From Candidatus Eiseniibacteriota bacterium (GTDB lineage: Bacteria; Eisenbacteria; RBG-16-71-46), in assembly GCA_044222065.1 (NCBI GenBank), contig JBGAOA010000060.1:1-26509 (forward strand): a stretch of DNA of 26,509 nucleotides, in the 5' to 3' direction. Every line of letters begins with the position of its first letter. The first letter of the stretch is position 1. The notes below the pieces were generated by a model. It had not been told where the DNA came from. It searched no databases and saw nothing but the letters and a program-made list of their open reading frames with translations. The position numbers were made by a program, and so were the translations under genes. This document shows positions 16,256 to 26,509 of this stretch, piece after piece.

Positions 16256-17203
16256 CTACGGGTGTTGCGAGTCGCGTGAGGCGAGCATCGCCGCGGTGAG
16301 GACCAGCGCCGCTCCGACCCACTGGAGCGATCGCAATCCCTCGCCGAGGAACAGCGCCGCCGACAGCACGGCGACGACCGGCTCGAGCGTGGCGAGGATC
16401 CCCGCGTGCGAAGCCGCGAGCCGGCGAAGCCCCGCGTTGAACAAGATGAACGGAAGCAGCGTCGACAGCATGCCGAGCGCGAAGAACATGCCCCACAGCT
16501 TCGCGTCGTAGCCGGCGGCGAGGATCTTCCAAGGTGGTGTGACGATCGCCCACACGATGAACGCTATCGTGAAGGAATAGGCGAGCACGGTCTCGGGCGG
16601 GTACTTCGCGAGGCCGCGCTTGGACAGCAGGATGTAGGTCGCGAACCAGATCGCGGAGCTGAAGCCGACGACCCAGTGGAGCGGCCGCGCCTGGAGCGCG
16701 ATCGGATCCACGTTTCCGACGAGCAGCGCCGTGCCGCCGATCGCGCACGCGAGCGCGATCGTCGTGACGGCGCGCACGCGCCGTCCGCGCGCGGCGTCCA
16801 CGAGCACGATCAGGGCGGGGGCGAGGTATTGGATCAGGATCGAGAGCCCGACCCCGAGCTTCGAGATCGAGTAGTAGTAGCTGCCCTGCACCGTCGCGAC
16901 GCCGAGCAGGCCGAGCAGGACGAAGTAGGGAAGGTCGCGCGGCGCGATGAGCAGCTTTCGGGGCGATCGAATCGCGAGCCACGGCAGCAGCACCGCGAGG
17001 GCGAAGAACAGCCGCAGTTCGACGACCGCGAGCGCCGGCACGGCGAAGTCGCGGAACACGAAGCGCGCGAGCGTCGCGGACGTGCCCCAGAGCGTCGCCG
17101 CACCGAAGACGAGCAGGCGGCCCGTCGCATCGTGCCTCGGCGCCGCGTGCGCCGCTCCGTCGTCCGCGCGCGTGTCGCCGCCGGCCGTCGCGCGATCGCT
17201 CAC
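16256..17203 (-). CDS. EamA/DMT family transporter
   Basis: About 10 TM helices in two repeats. Motifs AATLWGTS, LIQYLAPALIV and GILATLEPVVAVLSAALFLGE. Confidence 0.93.
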   Translation of the reverse strand: MSDRATAGGDTRADDGAAHAAPRHDATGRLLVFGAATLWGTSATLARFVFRDFAVPALAVVELRLFFALAVLLPWLAIRSPRKLLIAPRDLPYFVLLGLLGVATVQGSYYYSISKLGVGLSILIQYLAPALIVLVDAARGRRVRAVTTIALACAIGGTALLVGNVDPIALQARPLHWVVGFSSAIWFATYILLSKRGLAKYPPETVLAYSFTIAFIVWAIVTPPWKILAAGYDAKLWGMFFALGMLSTLLPFILFNAGLRRLAASHAGILATLEPVVAVLSAALFLGEGLRSLQWVGAALVLTAAMLASRDSQHP

Positions 17204-18537
17204 AACAACCGCTTGCGACGCAGCGTGTACGTCCGCTCGATGCCGGCGCGAGAGAGCACGAGCGTCACCTTCGAGCCGGGGGCTCCCTCGAGCGCGTTCG
17301 CGACGTCGAACAGATCCGCCCCCGCACTCGATCGCCCGTCCACCGACACGACGAGATCGCCCGCCCGGATGCCGGCCGCTTCTGCGGGCGAAGGAATCGC
17401 GACCGCGACGACTTCGATCGCGCCCGAGCGGCGCTCGATCTGAAGCCCGACGTGCGAGTACTCGTTCTCACGGTCGTCCCAGTTCGCGGGCTCGGGCTCG
17501 AACCACGCGACGCGATTCGCGAAGTCGAGCGTGATGCGGTGGCGTTTGAGCGCGGAATATCCGAGGAGCCCTGCGATCTCGCGCCCCGACACTTGCGACA
17601 GCAGCCCCCGAAGCGGGCTCTCGAGTTCGACCGCATCCGACGCTCGCACGATCAAGTCACCCGAGGGGGAGAGCAGCCGGATCTCGGGCACGCGGACCGC
17701 GCACGCGCTCTCGGTTCCGAACAGCGTCGGCGCGGAGAGCCCGCACAGCGCGCGCCACGGCGCGCGGCCCTCGAGCGCGGGACGTCCCTCGTCCACGAAC
17801 AGCACCGTCTTGGTCGCACCGGTATCGAGCACGAGCGTCACGACGCGGGCCCGCGCGCCGCCGACGCGCGCCCGCACGAGGATCTTCCCGTCGCCGGCGA
17901 GTTCGAACGGAACGGCATGCGCGTTCCGCTCGATCAGCGCCCTCGTCGCGAGCTTCGATCGGCCGATGCGGTCCACGGGCGACGCGTCGTGTGACCCGGG
18001 GGCCGACGGAGCCACGGTCACCTGTTCGCCGCGGTAGTCCACCTGGAGGATCTGGTTCGCGAACAGAGGCTGCCCGATGAGGCCGAGCACCGGACGGTCC
18101 GTGACGGCGCGCACGACCTCGGCGTTCAGGGTCAGCACCGGACTCAATTTGTCCACCTGGCGTTCACCGAATTCGAATCGCGGCAGCGCGCGCTCGGCCA
18201 GCGCGACGTCTTCGCGCGCGGAGTCGGGTGACGCGATTCCGAGTCGGATCGCGAGGGCGCGATCGAGCGCGAGCGCACCGGCGCCGGTGTCGAGCACGAA
18301 AAAGCCAGCCGTGTCCGCGCCGCTCAAGCCACGCGCCCGCGCCGTCACGAGGATCACGCCATCCACGTTTTCGACCGGAACGCGAAACGCACCGTCGGGC
18401 AGCGCCATCGGCTGCGCGCGATCATCCGCCCGCGTCCACCCCGGCGCCGCTTGCGCGCCGAGGGCGAGGAACATGGCGAGCGCGGCTGCCCCGGCCGACG
18501 CGCGGCGAAGAACTCGACCGATCCGGAGTCCAAGCAT
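17200..18537 (-). CDS. Exported retropepsin-like aspartyl protease (two DTG domains) with a C-terminal PDZ domain
   Basis: Signal peptide ending ...FLALGAQA. FVLDTGA...GLIG and LVLDTGA...GLLG half-sites. PDZ motif SPAEAAGIRAGDLVVSVDG. Confidence 0.9.
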   Translation of the reverse strand: MLGLRIGRVLRRASAGAAALAMFLALGAQAAPGWTRADDRAQPMALPDGAFRVPVENVDGVILVTARARGLSGADTAGFFVLDTGAGALALDRALAIRLGIASPDSAREDVALAERALPRFEFGERQVDKLSPVLTLNAEVVRAVTDRPVLGLIGQPLFANQILQVDYRGEQVTVAPSAPGSHDASPVDRIGRSKLATRALIERNAHAVPFELAGDGKILVRARVGGARARVVTLVLDTGATKTVLFVDEGRPALEGRAPWRALCGLSAPTLFGTESACAVRVPEIRLLSPSGDLIVRASDAVELESPLRGLLSQVSGREIAGLLGYSALKRHRITLDFANRVAWFEPEPANWDDRENEYSHVGLQIERRSGAIEVVAVAIPSPAEAAGIRAGDLVVSVDGRSSAGADLFDVANALEGAPGSKVTLVLSRAGIERTYTLRRKRLL

Positions 18538-18629
18538 CTGCTACCTATCCAATTTCAAGGCAGATGACTCCACGATTACGACCGAGCGAGATCGAACGGG
18601 CTGGAGAACCGATGACGGGAACCGCGAGG

Positions 18630-19049
18630 CTAGCGGATGGCCTCACGTGCTCGCGACGCGGGCGCTCCCAGATCCACGGACTCACTCCCCGCATCGAGCA
18701 TCGTGCACCGGCCCGTGAAGTAGACGCCGGGTTCCATCGTCACGCTCACCGCGGTGACGTCGCCTTCGAGTCGAGCGCCGGCGTGCAGCTCAATCGTCCC
18801 CAGCGCGCGAATGTTCCCGTCCACGCGGCCGTGCACCACGGCTTCCTTGACCTCGACGTCGGCGCGCATGAGTCCGTGTTCGCCCACCTCGAGACGCTCG
18901 CAGTTCAGGATGTCGCCCTCGAATTCGCCGTCGATCCGCAGCGTTCCGCTCACGAGCAGCGTTCCGCGAAAGCTCGAGCCGACGCCGATCGTCGTGTTCA
19001 CGGGCGGAGGAGCCTGCACCTCCGCCGATTTCGAACGGAATCTCATCAT
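18630..19049 (-). CDS. Bactofilin (polymer-forming cytoskeletal protein)
   Basis: Beta-helix repeats TTIGVGSSFRGTL...LRIDGEFEGDI...VHGRVDGNIRA...MEPGVYFTGRCTM. GGAGG RBS. Confidence 0.93.
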   Translation of the reverse strand: MMRFRSKSAEVQAPPPVNTTIGVGSSFRGTLLVSGTLRIDGEFEGDILNCERLEVGEHGLMRADVEVKEAVVHGRVDGNIRALGTIELHAGARLEGDVTAVSVTMEPGVYFTGRCTMLDAGSESVDLGAPASRAREAIR

Positions 19050-19064
19050 GGGATCCCTCCGTTG

Positions 19065-19925
19065 CTAAAGAACGCCCCAGGCTTCGAGGAGTCGTTCGAG
19101 GTCTTCCTGACCATAGAACTCGAACTCGATCTTTCCGCCCTTCCGACCGGGCGTAATCGCCACGTGGGTCGAGAAGCGCTGCTGGAGCTTCTCCTCCCAC
19201 TCGCGCAGGCCGTCGAGCTTCGAGACGCGGGGTCGGCTGTGCTGTCGCCGAAGGCGTCGCTTCACGAACGCCTCGGTGCGACGCACCGAAAAGCCCTTTG
19301 CGCTCACGTACCGGGCGGCTCCGAGGATCTCGCCTGACTGCTCGAGTGCGAGCAGAGCGCGCGCGTGCCCGGCGGACAGCGTTCCACGTGAAACCATCTC
19401 GCGCACCTCGGGCGGAAGCGACAGCAGCCGGAGCGCGTTCGAGATCGAGCTGCGCTGCTTGCCGACGCGCTCCGAAATCTGCTCGTGCGTCAGGCCAATC
19501 TTCTCGATGAGCCCGTGGTAGGCGTGCGCCTCGTCGATCGGATTCAGGTCCTCGCGCTGGATGTTCTCGATCAGCGCCATTTCCATCATGTCGCGATCGC
19601 TCACCTCGCGGACGATCGCGGGGATCTTCCCAAGGCCCGCGACTCGAGCCGCGCGGAGGCGTCGCTCACCCGCGACCAGTACGAACGTGTCGCCCTGGCG
19701 TCGCACGAGGACGGGTTGCAGCACGCCGCTCGCCTTGATCGAGGCCGCCAGCTCCTCGATGGCTTCGTCGTTGAACCGCGTGCGCGGCTGGAACGGATTC
19801 GGACCGATGTCGTCCACGGCGATCTCACGAACGCCCGCCGAGGGTGGCGTCCCGTCGGCGACGGCGGTTCCGGCCGCCCCGGGAATCAGGGCCTCGAGTC
19901 CGCGGCCAAGCGCTTTCCTATGCAT
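19065..19925 (-). CDS. parB: Chromosome partitioning protein ParB
   Basis: Start at ATG 19925 ([14 protein letters not shown]). Motifs [22 protein letters not shown] and [17 protein letters not shown], plus an HTH. Overlaps the parA stop codon. Confidence 0.97.
   Translation of the reverse strand: MHRKALGRGLEALIPGAAGTAVADGTPPSAGVREIAVDDIGPNPFQPRTRFNDEAIEELAASIKASGVLQPVLVRRQGDTFVLVAGERRLRAARVAGLGKIPAIVREVSDRDMMEMALIENIQREDLNPIDEAHAYHGLIEKIGLTHEQISERVGKQRSSISNALRLLSLPPEVREMVSRGTLSAGHARALLALEQSGEILGAARYVSAKGFSVRRTEAFVKRRLRRQHSRPRVSKLDGLREWEEKLQQRFSTHVAITPGRKGGKIEFEFYGQEDLERLLEAWGVL
19380..19395. promoter_or_regulatory. parS site inside parB
   Basis: CGTTCCACGTGAAACC compared with the consensus TGTTTCACGTGAAACA. 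It encodes the VSRGT peptide. Confidence 0.8.
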
Positions 19926-20679
19926 GCTCCAGTACCTCCCGCGCGAGATCGCGATAGCTCTCTGCGCCTGAGCTGTGCGGGTCGTACAGCACGATGGGCT
20001 TCCCGAACGACGGCGCCTCACTCAGCCGAACGTTCCTCGGAATCACTGTCTTGTATACACGTTCCGCGAAGAATTTTCGCGCCTCATCCGCGACCTGCTG
20101 GGACAGGTTCAGGCGCGCGTCGAACATGGTGAGCAGCACGCCTTCGATCCTCAGCGCCGGATTCAGGTGATCCTGGACGAGACGAATGGAGCCGATGAGC
20201 TGCGTCAGCCCCTCGAGCGCGAGGTACTCGCACTGGAGCGGAATCAGAACGGAGTCCGCGGCCGTCAGCGCGTTCACGGTCAGCAGGCCGAGCGACGGCG
20301 GGCTGTCCACGAGGATGTAGTCGTACTCCTCGCGAATCTTCTCGAGGCAGCCTCGCAGGCGCGTCTCCCGCGCCATCATTCCCACCAACTCCACCTCAGC
20401 CCCGGACAGTCGCTGCCCGGCGGGAAGCAGGTCGAGATTCGCGAGCGCCGTGGCAACCACGGCCTCCTTGATCTCGGCGCTCCCGATGATCACCTCGTAG
20501 GTCGAGAGCCGCTTGTCGTTCCCGTTGATCCCCATTCCGCTCGACGCATTGCCCTGCGGATCGATGTCCACGATGAGCACGCGCCGGCCTTCCTGGGCGA
20601 TGCAGGCGCCGAGGTTGATGGCGGTCGTGGTCTTCCCGACGCCGCCCTTCTGACTGGCGATGGCGATGACCTTGCTCAT
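19918..20679 (-). CDS. parA: Chromosome partitioning ATPase ParA/Soj
   Basis: Start at ATG 20679. Deviant Walker [11 protein letters not shown], plus [27 protein letters not shown] and [14 protein letters not shown]. Confidence 0.97.
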   Translation of the reverse strand: MSKVIAIASQKGGVGKTTTAINLGACIAQEGRRVLIVDIDPQGNASSGMGINGNDKRLSTYEVIIGSAEIKEAVVATALANLDLLPAGQRLSGAEVELVGMMARETRLRGCLEKIREEYDYILVDSPPSLGLLTVNALTAADSVLIPLQCEYLALEGLTQLIGSIRLVQDHLNPALRIEGVLLTMFDARLNLSQQVADEARKFFAERVYKTVIPRNVRLSEAPSFGKPIVLYDPHSSGAESYRDLAREVLEHA

Positions 20680-20750
20680 TCCTTGAGTCGCGGGGGCGGA
20701 CGTCCTGCCCACCGTCTTGAATGGGGGGATCGGAGGCGAGTGCGGCGGCG

Positions 20751-20780
20751 AAAATAGCAACCGCGCCGCTCGGCGAACAA
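20751..20780 (-). promoter_or_regulatory. Possible parAB promoter
   Basis: On the minus strand: TTGTTC, an 18-bp spacer, then TATTTT with an extended -10 TG. It sits in a locally AT-richer intergenic stretch. Confidence 0.4.
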
Positions 20781-20786
20781 GCGATT

Positions 20787-20802
20787 TGTTTCACGTGGAA
20801 CG
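20787..20802. promoter_or_regulatory. parS site upstream of parA
   Basis: TGTTTCACGTGGAACG, two mismatches to the TGTTTCACGTGAAACA consensus. Confidence 0.88.
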
Positions 20803-20825
20803 ACTCGAAACAAAATCTCGCTTGC

Positions 20826-22058
20826 TTATGTCTTTCGCTTGAGTCGAACGATGACGACTTGGCCGTCAGCGAGCCCGATCAACCCATCGGGCTCCCAGAG
20901 ATCACGCCAGCGGCCGGGCGCGCTCATCTCTTCCTCCCTGCGGCTGCCCTTCCACAGGAACGCCCAGCCTCCGGGGCGAACGAAGTGCGCCGCGAGCTCG
21001 AGCGTGGGCGCGAGCGCCATCGTCGCGCGTGCGGTGAATCCATCGAACGCGCCCGCGAGTTCGCCTTCGAGCGCGAGGTCCTCGAGTCGCACCATTCGCA
21101 CGTCAACGCCCGACAGACCGAGTTGCTCGCAGGCGCGACGCAGGAACAGCGTCTTCGTCCGCCGCGACTCGACCAGCGTCCAGTGCTCTCCGATGCCGGC
21201 GATCGCCAACGGAATCGCGGGCAGCCCACCGCCGGAGCCGAAGTCGAGCCACCGAGTCGCTCCGCTCTCCTTGAGGCGGGATGCGGGCTCGAGCGACTCG
21301 ACGAGATGCCGGGCAACGAAGCGGGCCTCATCGTTCTTCGAAATGAGGTTGGAGACCTTGCGGTTCCATTGGAGGAGCAGCGTCGTGAACCGCTTGAGGG
21401 CCCCGAGTCGCTCCTCGGAATAGCCGCCCGCCCGCAAGAGGTGAGGCGTGAGCAGCTCGAAGTCCTGCGACTCGACCGCACGCGACACGTCCGGCCAGGA
21501 TTCGCGTGTGAACTCCACCTCCGGCCCGATTCGAGCGGGCCTCGATTCGGTCATGGACCTCGGTCGCACGCCTCCCTTGCCGCCGGCAGGCGCGCGTCGA
21601 CGAGCGCCACGGAAATTGCGCTCCGAATCAGCGGAACGCTTTGAACGGAAAGGCCTCGCCGGACGCTCGAATCGTCTTCCGTCGCGCGAGCGCGGCCCCT
21701 CGGGCCCCGTCCTCGCGCCATCACTCCGCCGATCGTCGCGCGGCCCGCGCCGTGCCGAGTCCGCTCCGGGCCGGCGGAACTCCGAGCTTCCGCGGGGCGA
21801 CTCGCCCCGCCGACCGTCGCGCGGCCCGCGCCGCGCCGAGTCCGCTCCGGGCCGGCGGAACTCCGAGCCTCCGCGGGGCGACTCGCCCCGCCGCCCGTCG
21901 CGCGGCCCGCGCCGCGTCGAGTCGCCTTCGGGCCGGCGATACGGCGAGCCGCCTCGGGGCGCATCGCCCCGGCGCGTCCCTTCGGAGCCGCGTCGCGCGG
22001 AATCGGAGCGCGGCGCCGGACGAGGCCCGCGCCGCGCGGATGAACGGGTTCGCTTCAC
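20826..22058 (-). CDS. rsmG: 16S rRNA m7G527 methyltransferase RsmG/GidB with a long Arg-rich N-terminal extension (alternative start ATG 21554)
   Basis: Motifs LLQWNRKVSNLIS, RHLVESL, LDFGSGGGLPAIPLAI, LVESRRTK and TARA. Located between mnmG and parA. Confidence 0.9.
   Translation of the reverse strand: MKRTRSSARRGPRPAPRSDSARRGSEGTRRGDAPRGGSPYRRPEGDSTRRGPRDGRRGESPRGGSEFRRPGADSARRGPRDGRRGESPRGSSEFRRPGADSARRGPRDDRRSDGARTGPEGPRSRDGRRFERPARPFRSKRSADSERNFRGARRRAPAGGKGGVRPRSMTESRPARIGPEVEFTRESWPDVSRAVESQDFELLTPHLLRAGGYSEERLGALKRFTTLLLQWNRKVSNLISKNDEARFVARHLVESLEPASRLKESGATRWLDFGSGGGLPAIPLAIAGIGEHWTLVESRRTKTLFLRRACEQLGLSGVDVRMVRLEDLALEGELAGAFDGFTARATMALAPTLELAAHFVRPGGWAFLWKGSRREEEMSAPGRWRDLWEPDGLIGLADGQVVIVRLKRKT
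21734..21976 (-). repeat. Three 81-bp tandem repeats (27 aa: RRGESPRGGSEFRRPGADSARRGPRDG)
   Basis: CGTCGCGCGGCCCGCGCCG recurs at 21734, 21815 and 21896. The first two copies are near-identical and the third is diverged. Confidence 0.9.
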
Positions 22059-22067
22059 GCGCGCAAT

Positions 22068-23969
<1,902 letters not shown>

Positions 23970-23977
23970 CGCACGCC

Positions 23978-25384
23978 TCACTTGCCCACGCAGAAGCGGC
24001 TGAAGATCCGCTCGAGCAGGTCTTCGCTGACGTTGCGGCCCGTGACTTCGCCGATCGCCGCGATGCCTTCGCGCAATTCCAGCGCGACGATTTCGCCGGG
24101 CTCACCCGCGCGTCCGGCGACGGCGGCGCGCTCGAACGCGGCGCGTGCGCGAGCGAGCGCCTCGGCGTGGCGTGGATTCGCAACCGCCTGCCCGAGGTCG
24201 CCGCCGCCATCGCCGCCCCCGAGCAACTCCGCGAGCGCGGTGCGCAGCGCGTCGAGCCCGGCGCCCGCGAGCGCCGAGACCTGGACGAGGCGGTGCGTCG
24301 CGCCTGCGAGCGCGCCGGCGAGTGCGTCCAGCGCCACGGCCTCGCCGAGATCCGACTTGTTGAGCGCCACGAGCACGCGCTTGCCCGCGAACGAGCGGGC
24401 GAGAGCCTCGTCCTCGGCCGCGAGGGGACGCGAGCCGTCCACGACCCAGATCGCGAGCGCGGCGCTCGCGAGCGCCGCCTCGGCACGCGCGACGCCCTCG
24501 CGCTCGACCGCCCCGGCCGGCGCGCGCAATCCGGCCGTGTCGCTCAGCGTGACGCGCACGCCGGCGATCTCGATCGCCTCGCTCACGCGGTCGCGCGTCG
24601 AGCCCGCGACCGGCGTCACGATCGCGCGCGACTCGCCGAGGAGGGCGTTGAAGAGCGACGACTTGCCCGCGTTCGGCCGGCCGACGATCGGGACCGCGAC
24701 CCCTTCGCGCACGGCGCGCGCGTACGCCGAGCCGCCGAGCCAGCCCGCGAGATCCGCGGCGAGCGCCTCGATCGCGGCGATGCCCTCGGGCGGCACCTCG
24801 ATCCCGCCCACGTCCTCGGCGAAGTCCACGCGCGCCTCGACGTCGGCGAGCACGTCGGCCGCGCGCTCGGCGAGCGCGTCGAGCGCGCGCGACAGCCCGC
24901 CCGAGAGCTGCGGACCGCGAGCGCGTGGGCCGCGCGCGTCTCGGCGTGGATGACGTCCGCGACCGCCTCCGCGCGCGAGGTCGAGCCGCCCGTTGAGGAA
25001 CGCCCGCAGCGTGAACTCGCCGGGCCGGGCGAGCCTCGCCCCGGCCGAGAGCAGCGCCTCGAGCACGCGCGCGGCCGACAGCGCGCCACCGTGGCACGAC
25101 AGCTCGACGACGTCCTCGCGGGTGTAGGAATGCGAGGCGCGGAACACGGCCGCAACGACCTCGTCGAGTGCGGCGCCGCGCGGCGCCGCGCCGTCGCCCG
25201 CGAGCGCGGCCGCCCGCGCGGAGCCGACGTGCAGCGTGTGGCTCGCCGCGGCGGCGAGCGGCGCGCGGCCGTCGAACACCGCGTCCGCGACCGCAACCGC
25301 GCGCGCACCCGAGACGCGGACGACCGCGAGCCCTGCGACGCCGGGGGCGGTCGCGAGCGCGGCGATGGTGTCTTCGGTGGTCAT
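23978..25384 (-). CDS. mnmE: tRNA modification GTPase MnmE/TrmE, with a short internally frameshifted segment at 24911-24973
   Basis: Motifs [57 protein letters not shown] and the C-terminal FSRFCVGK. Confidence 0.95.
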   Translation of the reverse strand: MTTEDTIAALATAPGVAGLAVVRVSGARAVAVADAVFDGRAPLAAAASHTLHVGSARAAALAGDGAAPRGAALDEVVAAVFRASHSYTREDVVELSCHGGALSAARVLEALLSAGARLARPGEFTLRAFLNGRLDLARGGGRGRHPRRDARGPRARGPQLSGGLSRALDALAERAADVLADVEARVDFAEDVGGIEVPPEGIAAIEALAADLAGWLGGSAYARAVREGVAVPIVGRPNAGKSSLFNALLGESRAIVTPVAGSTRDRVSEAIEIAGVRVTLSDTAGLRAPAGAVEREGVARAEAALASAALAIWVVDGSRPLAAEDEALARSFAGKRVLVALNKSDLGEAVALDALAGALAGATHRLVQVSALAGAGLDALRTALAELLGGGDGGGDLGQAVANPRHAEALARARAAFERAAVAGRAGEPGEIVALELREGIAAIGEVTGRNVSEDLLERIFSRFCVGK

Positions 25385-25472
25385 GCGGGAGACGGCTCCC
25401 TGGCGCAGGGCGCGCAAACGAGAAGGCGCCGGGTCGCGAGCGCGAACCCGGCGCCTCGTGGATTCGGACGCG

Positions 25473-26120
25473 TTACGCGTCGTCCCGCGGCGTGGGTTCG
25501 AACGCCGCCGGCGCGACCGCGATGCGTTTGATCATGCCGTTGCCGAGCGCGTACGTCTTCACGCGCGCGTCCTCGCGCAGCGTCACGTGGATGATGCGGC
25601 GCTCCTGCGCGTTCAGGTACTCGCTCACGACTTCGTCGCCGGCCGCGACGGCCCGGTCGGCCATCGAGCGGGCGATTTCCTGAAGCTCCGACTCGCGCTG
25701 CTTCCAGAAGTCGTCGATCTCGAGCTGCAGGTGGTACCGCGAGCCTTCGCCCTGGTTGATCATGCGGTTGAGCAGGTGCTGCATCGCCTGCCGCACCTCG
25801 CCCTTGGGACCCGTGAGCAGCGACTCGTCCTGCGTCACGTTGGCCGTGACCTCGACGTGGTCGCCCTCGGCGCGCACCTCGATCGTCGCTTGCCAGCCCA
25901 TCGCCTTGAGCAGATCCGACGTCCATCGGCGCGCGAGCTCCACGAGCTCGGCGTCCACGACGGCCGGTGCGGCGGGCGACTGGGTCTCGTGCTCGTGCTC
26001 GTGTTCGCTCGACAGCGTGGCGCTCTCGACGAACGGCCCCGCCGTCATCTCGGGCGCCTCGTCGAAGCCTGCCGGTTCCTCGGCTCCGTTCGACGCGGGC
26101 TCCGTGCGCTGCGGCGGCAT
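25473..26120 (-). CDS. jag: Jag/KhpB (EloR) RNA-binding protein, KH + R3H domains; true 5' end probably further upstream
   Basis: KH-like LLTGPKGEVRQAMQHLL and R3H motif LNAQERRIIHVTL. Canonical position upstream of mnmE. The frame stays open upstream to a TGA at 26205-26207. Confidence 0.88.
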   Translation of the reverse strand: MPPQRTEPASNGAEEPAGFDEAPEMTAGPFVESATLSSEHEHEHETQSPAAPAVVDAELVELARRWTSDLLKAMGWQATIEVRAEGDHVEVTANVTQDESLLTGPKGEVRQAMQHLLNRMINQGEGSRYHLQLEIDDFWKQRESELQEIARSMADRAVAAGDEVVSEYLNAQERRIIHVTLREDARVKTYALGNGMIKRIAVAPAAFEPTPRDDA

Positions 26121-26330
26121 CCCGGCGCCCTCGCCGCGACCGCGGCCGCCGCGGCGACCACGCCGACGGCGACGGCGGCCTCCGCGATCGTCATCGGCCG
26201 AGCATCAGACCCGCGTCAGTCGATAGGCCTCAGCAGGTACGCTCCCGCATCCTCCCGGAGCTTCGGGCCGCTCTTCGCAGGCCTGAACAGGCTCCCGCTG
26301 CAAGCATCCTCGGCATCCGGGCCATGATCT

Positions 26331-26480
26331 TCGCGCGGCCGATCATCGCGCGGCCGGTCCTCGCGGGGCCGATCGTCGCGCGGCCGGTCGTCGCGGGGCC
26401 GGTCGTCGCGCGGCCGGTCGTCGCGGGGCCGGTCGTCGCGGGGCCGGTCCTCGCGGGGCCGATCGTCGCGCGGCCGGTCC
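26331..26480 (-). repeat. Ten 15-bp tandem repeats encoding (D/E)DRPR
   Basis: Unit TCGCG(C/G)GGCCG(A/G)TCN occurs 10 times, with variation at synonymous or D/E positions of the minus-strand frame. Confidence 0.9.
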
Positions 26481-26509
26481 TCCCGGCGCGGACGGTCCTC
26501 GCGGCCGCG

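Noticed and set aside
19926..20760. Extended starts for parB (20021) and parA (20760)
   Set aside because: The conserved N-termini begin at 19925 (MHRKALGRG) and 20679 ([13 protein letters not shown]).
21734..21976. CRISPR array interpretation of the 81-bp repeats (also considered for 10538-10705 and 26331-26480)
   Set aside because: The units are contiguous with no unique spacers, their lengths are multiples of 3 within reading frames, and there are no cas genes.
10538..21976. Both coding repeat arrays have an 81-bp period
   Set aside because: The two units share no sequence similarity, so this is treated as coincidence.

Overview
Very GC-rich bacterial chromosomal window next to the replication origin. 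An FCB-superphylum organism, possibly Candidatus Eisenbacteria-like, is inferred from a T9SS/FlgD-like C-terminal domain, futalosine-type menaquinone genes and a Fibrobacter-type SOS box. The right half is the conserved origin-proximal cluster on the minus strand: jag/khpB-mnmE-mnmG-rsmG-parA-parB, with two parS sites. A bactofilin, a double aspartyl protease-PDZ gene and an EamA transporter follow it. The left half holds a partial BtpA/SgcQ gene, a small membrane protein and a secreted Kelch/Fn3 protein. It also holds a cytoplasmic subtilase + alpha/beta-hydrolase operon, ubiA-ubiX-ubiD, a TPR/PilZ-like protein, a secreted hypothetical protein and a TonB-dependent receptor. The most interesting locus is 14834-16237. 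There lexA has a TGCAC-N4-GTGCA palindrome inside its promoter. It is followed by an intact, host-adapted IS200/IS605 TnpA (Y1 HUH) homologue that keeps the HUH motif but lacks the catalytic Tyr/Gln, has no tnpB, and carries its own copy of the same box plus an upstream hairpin. This is a candidate domesticated, catalytically dead transposase in the SOS regulon. Signs of sequence error (compensated frameshifts in mnmE, a disrupted jag 5' end) call for read-level checks. All family assignments come from motif recognition by eye; no database search was run.
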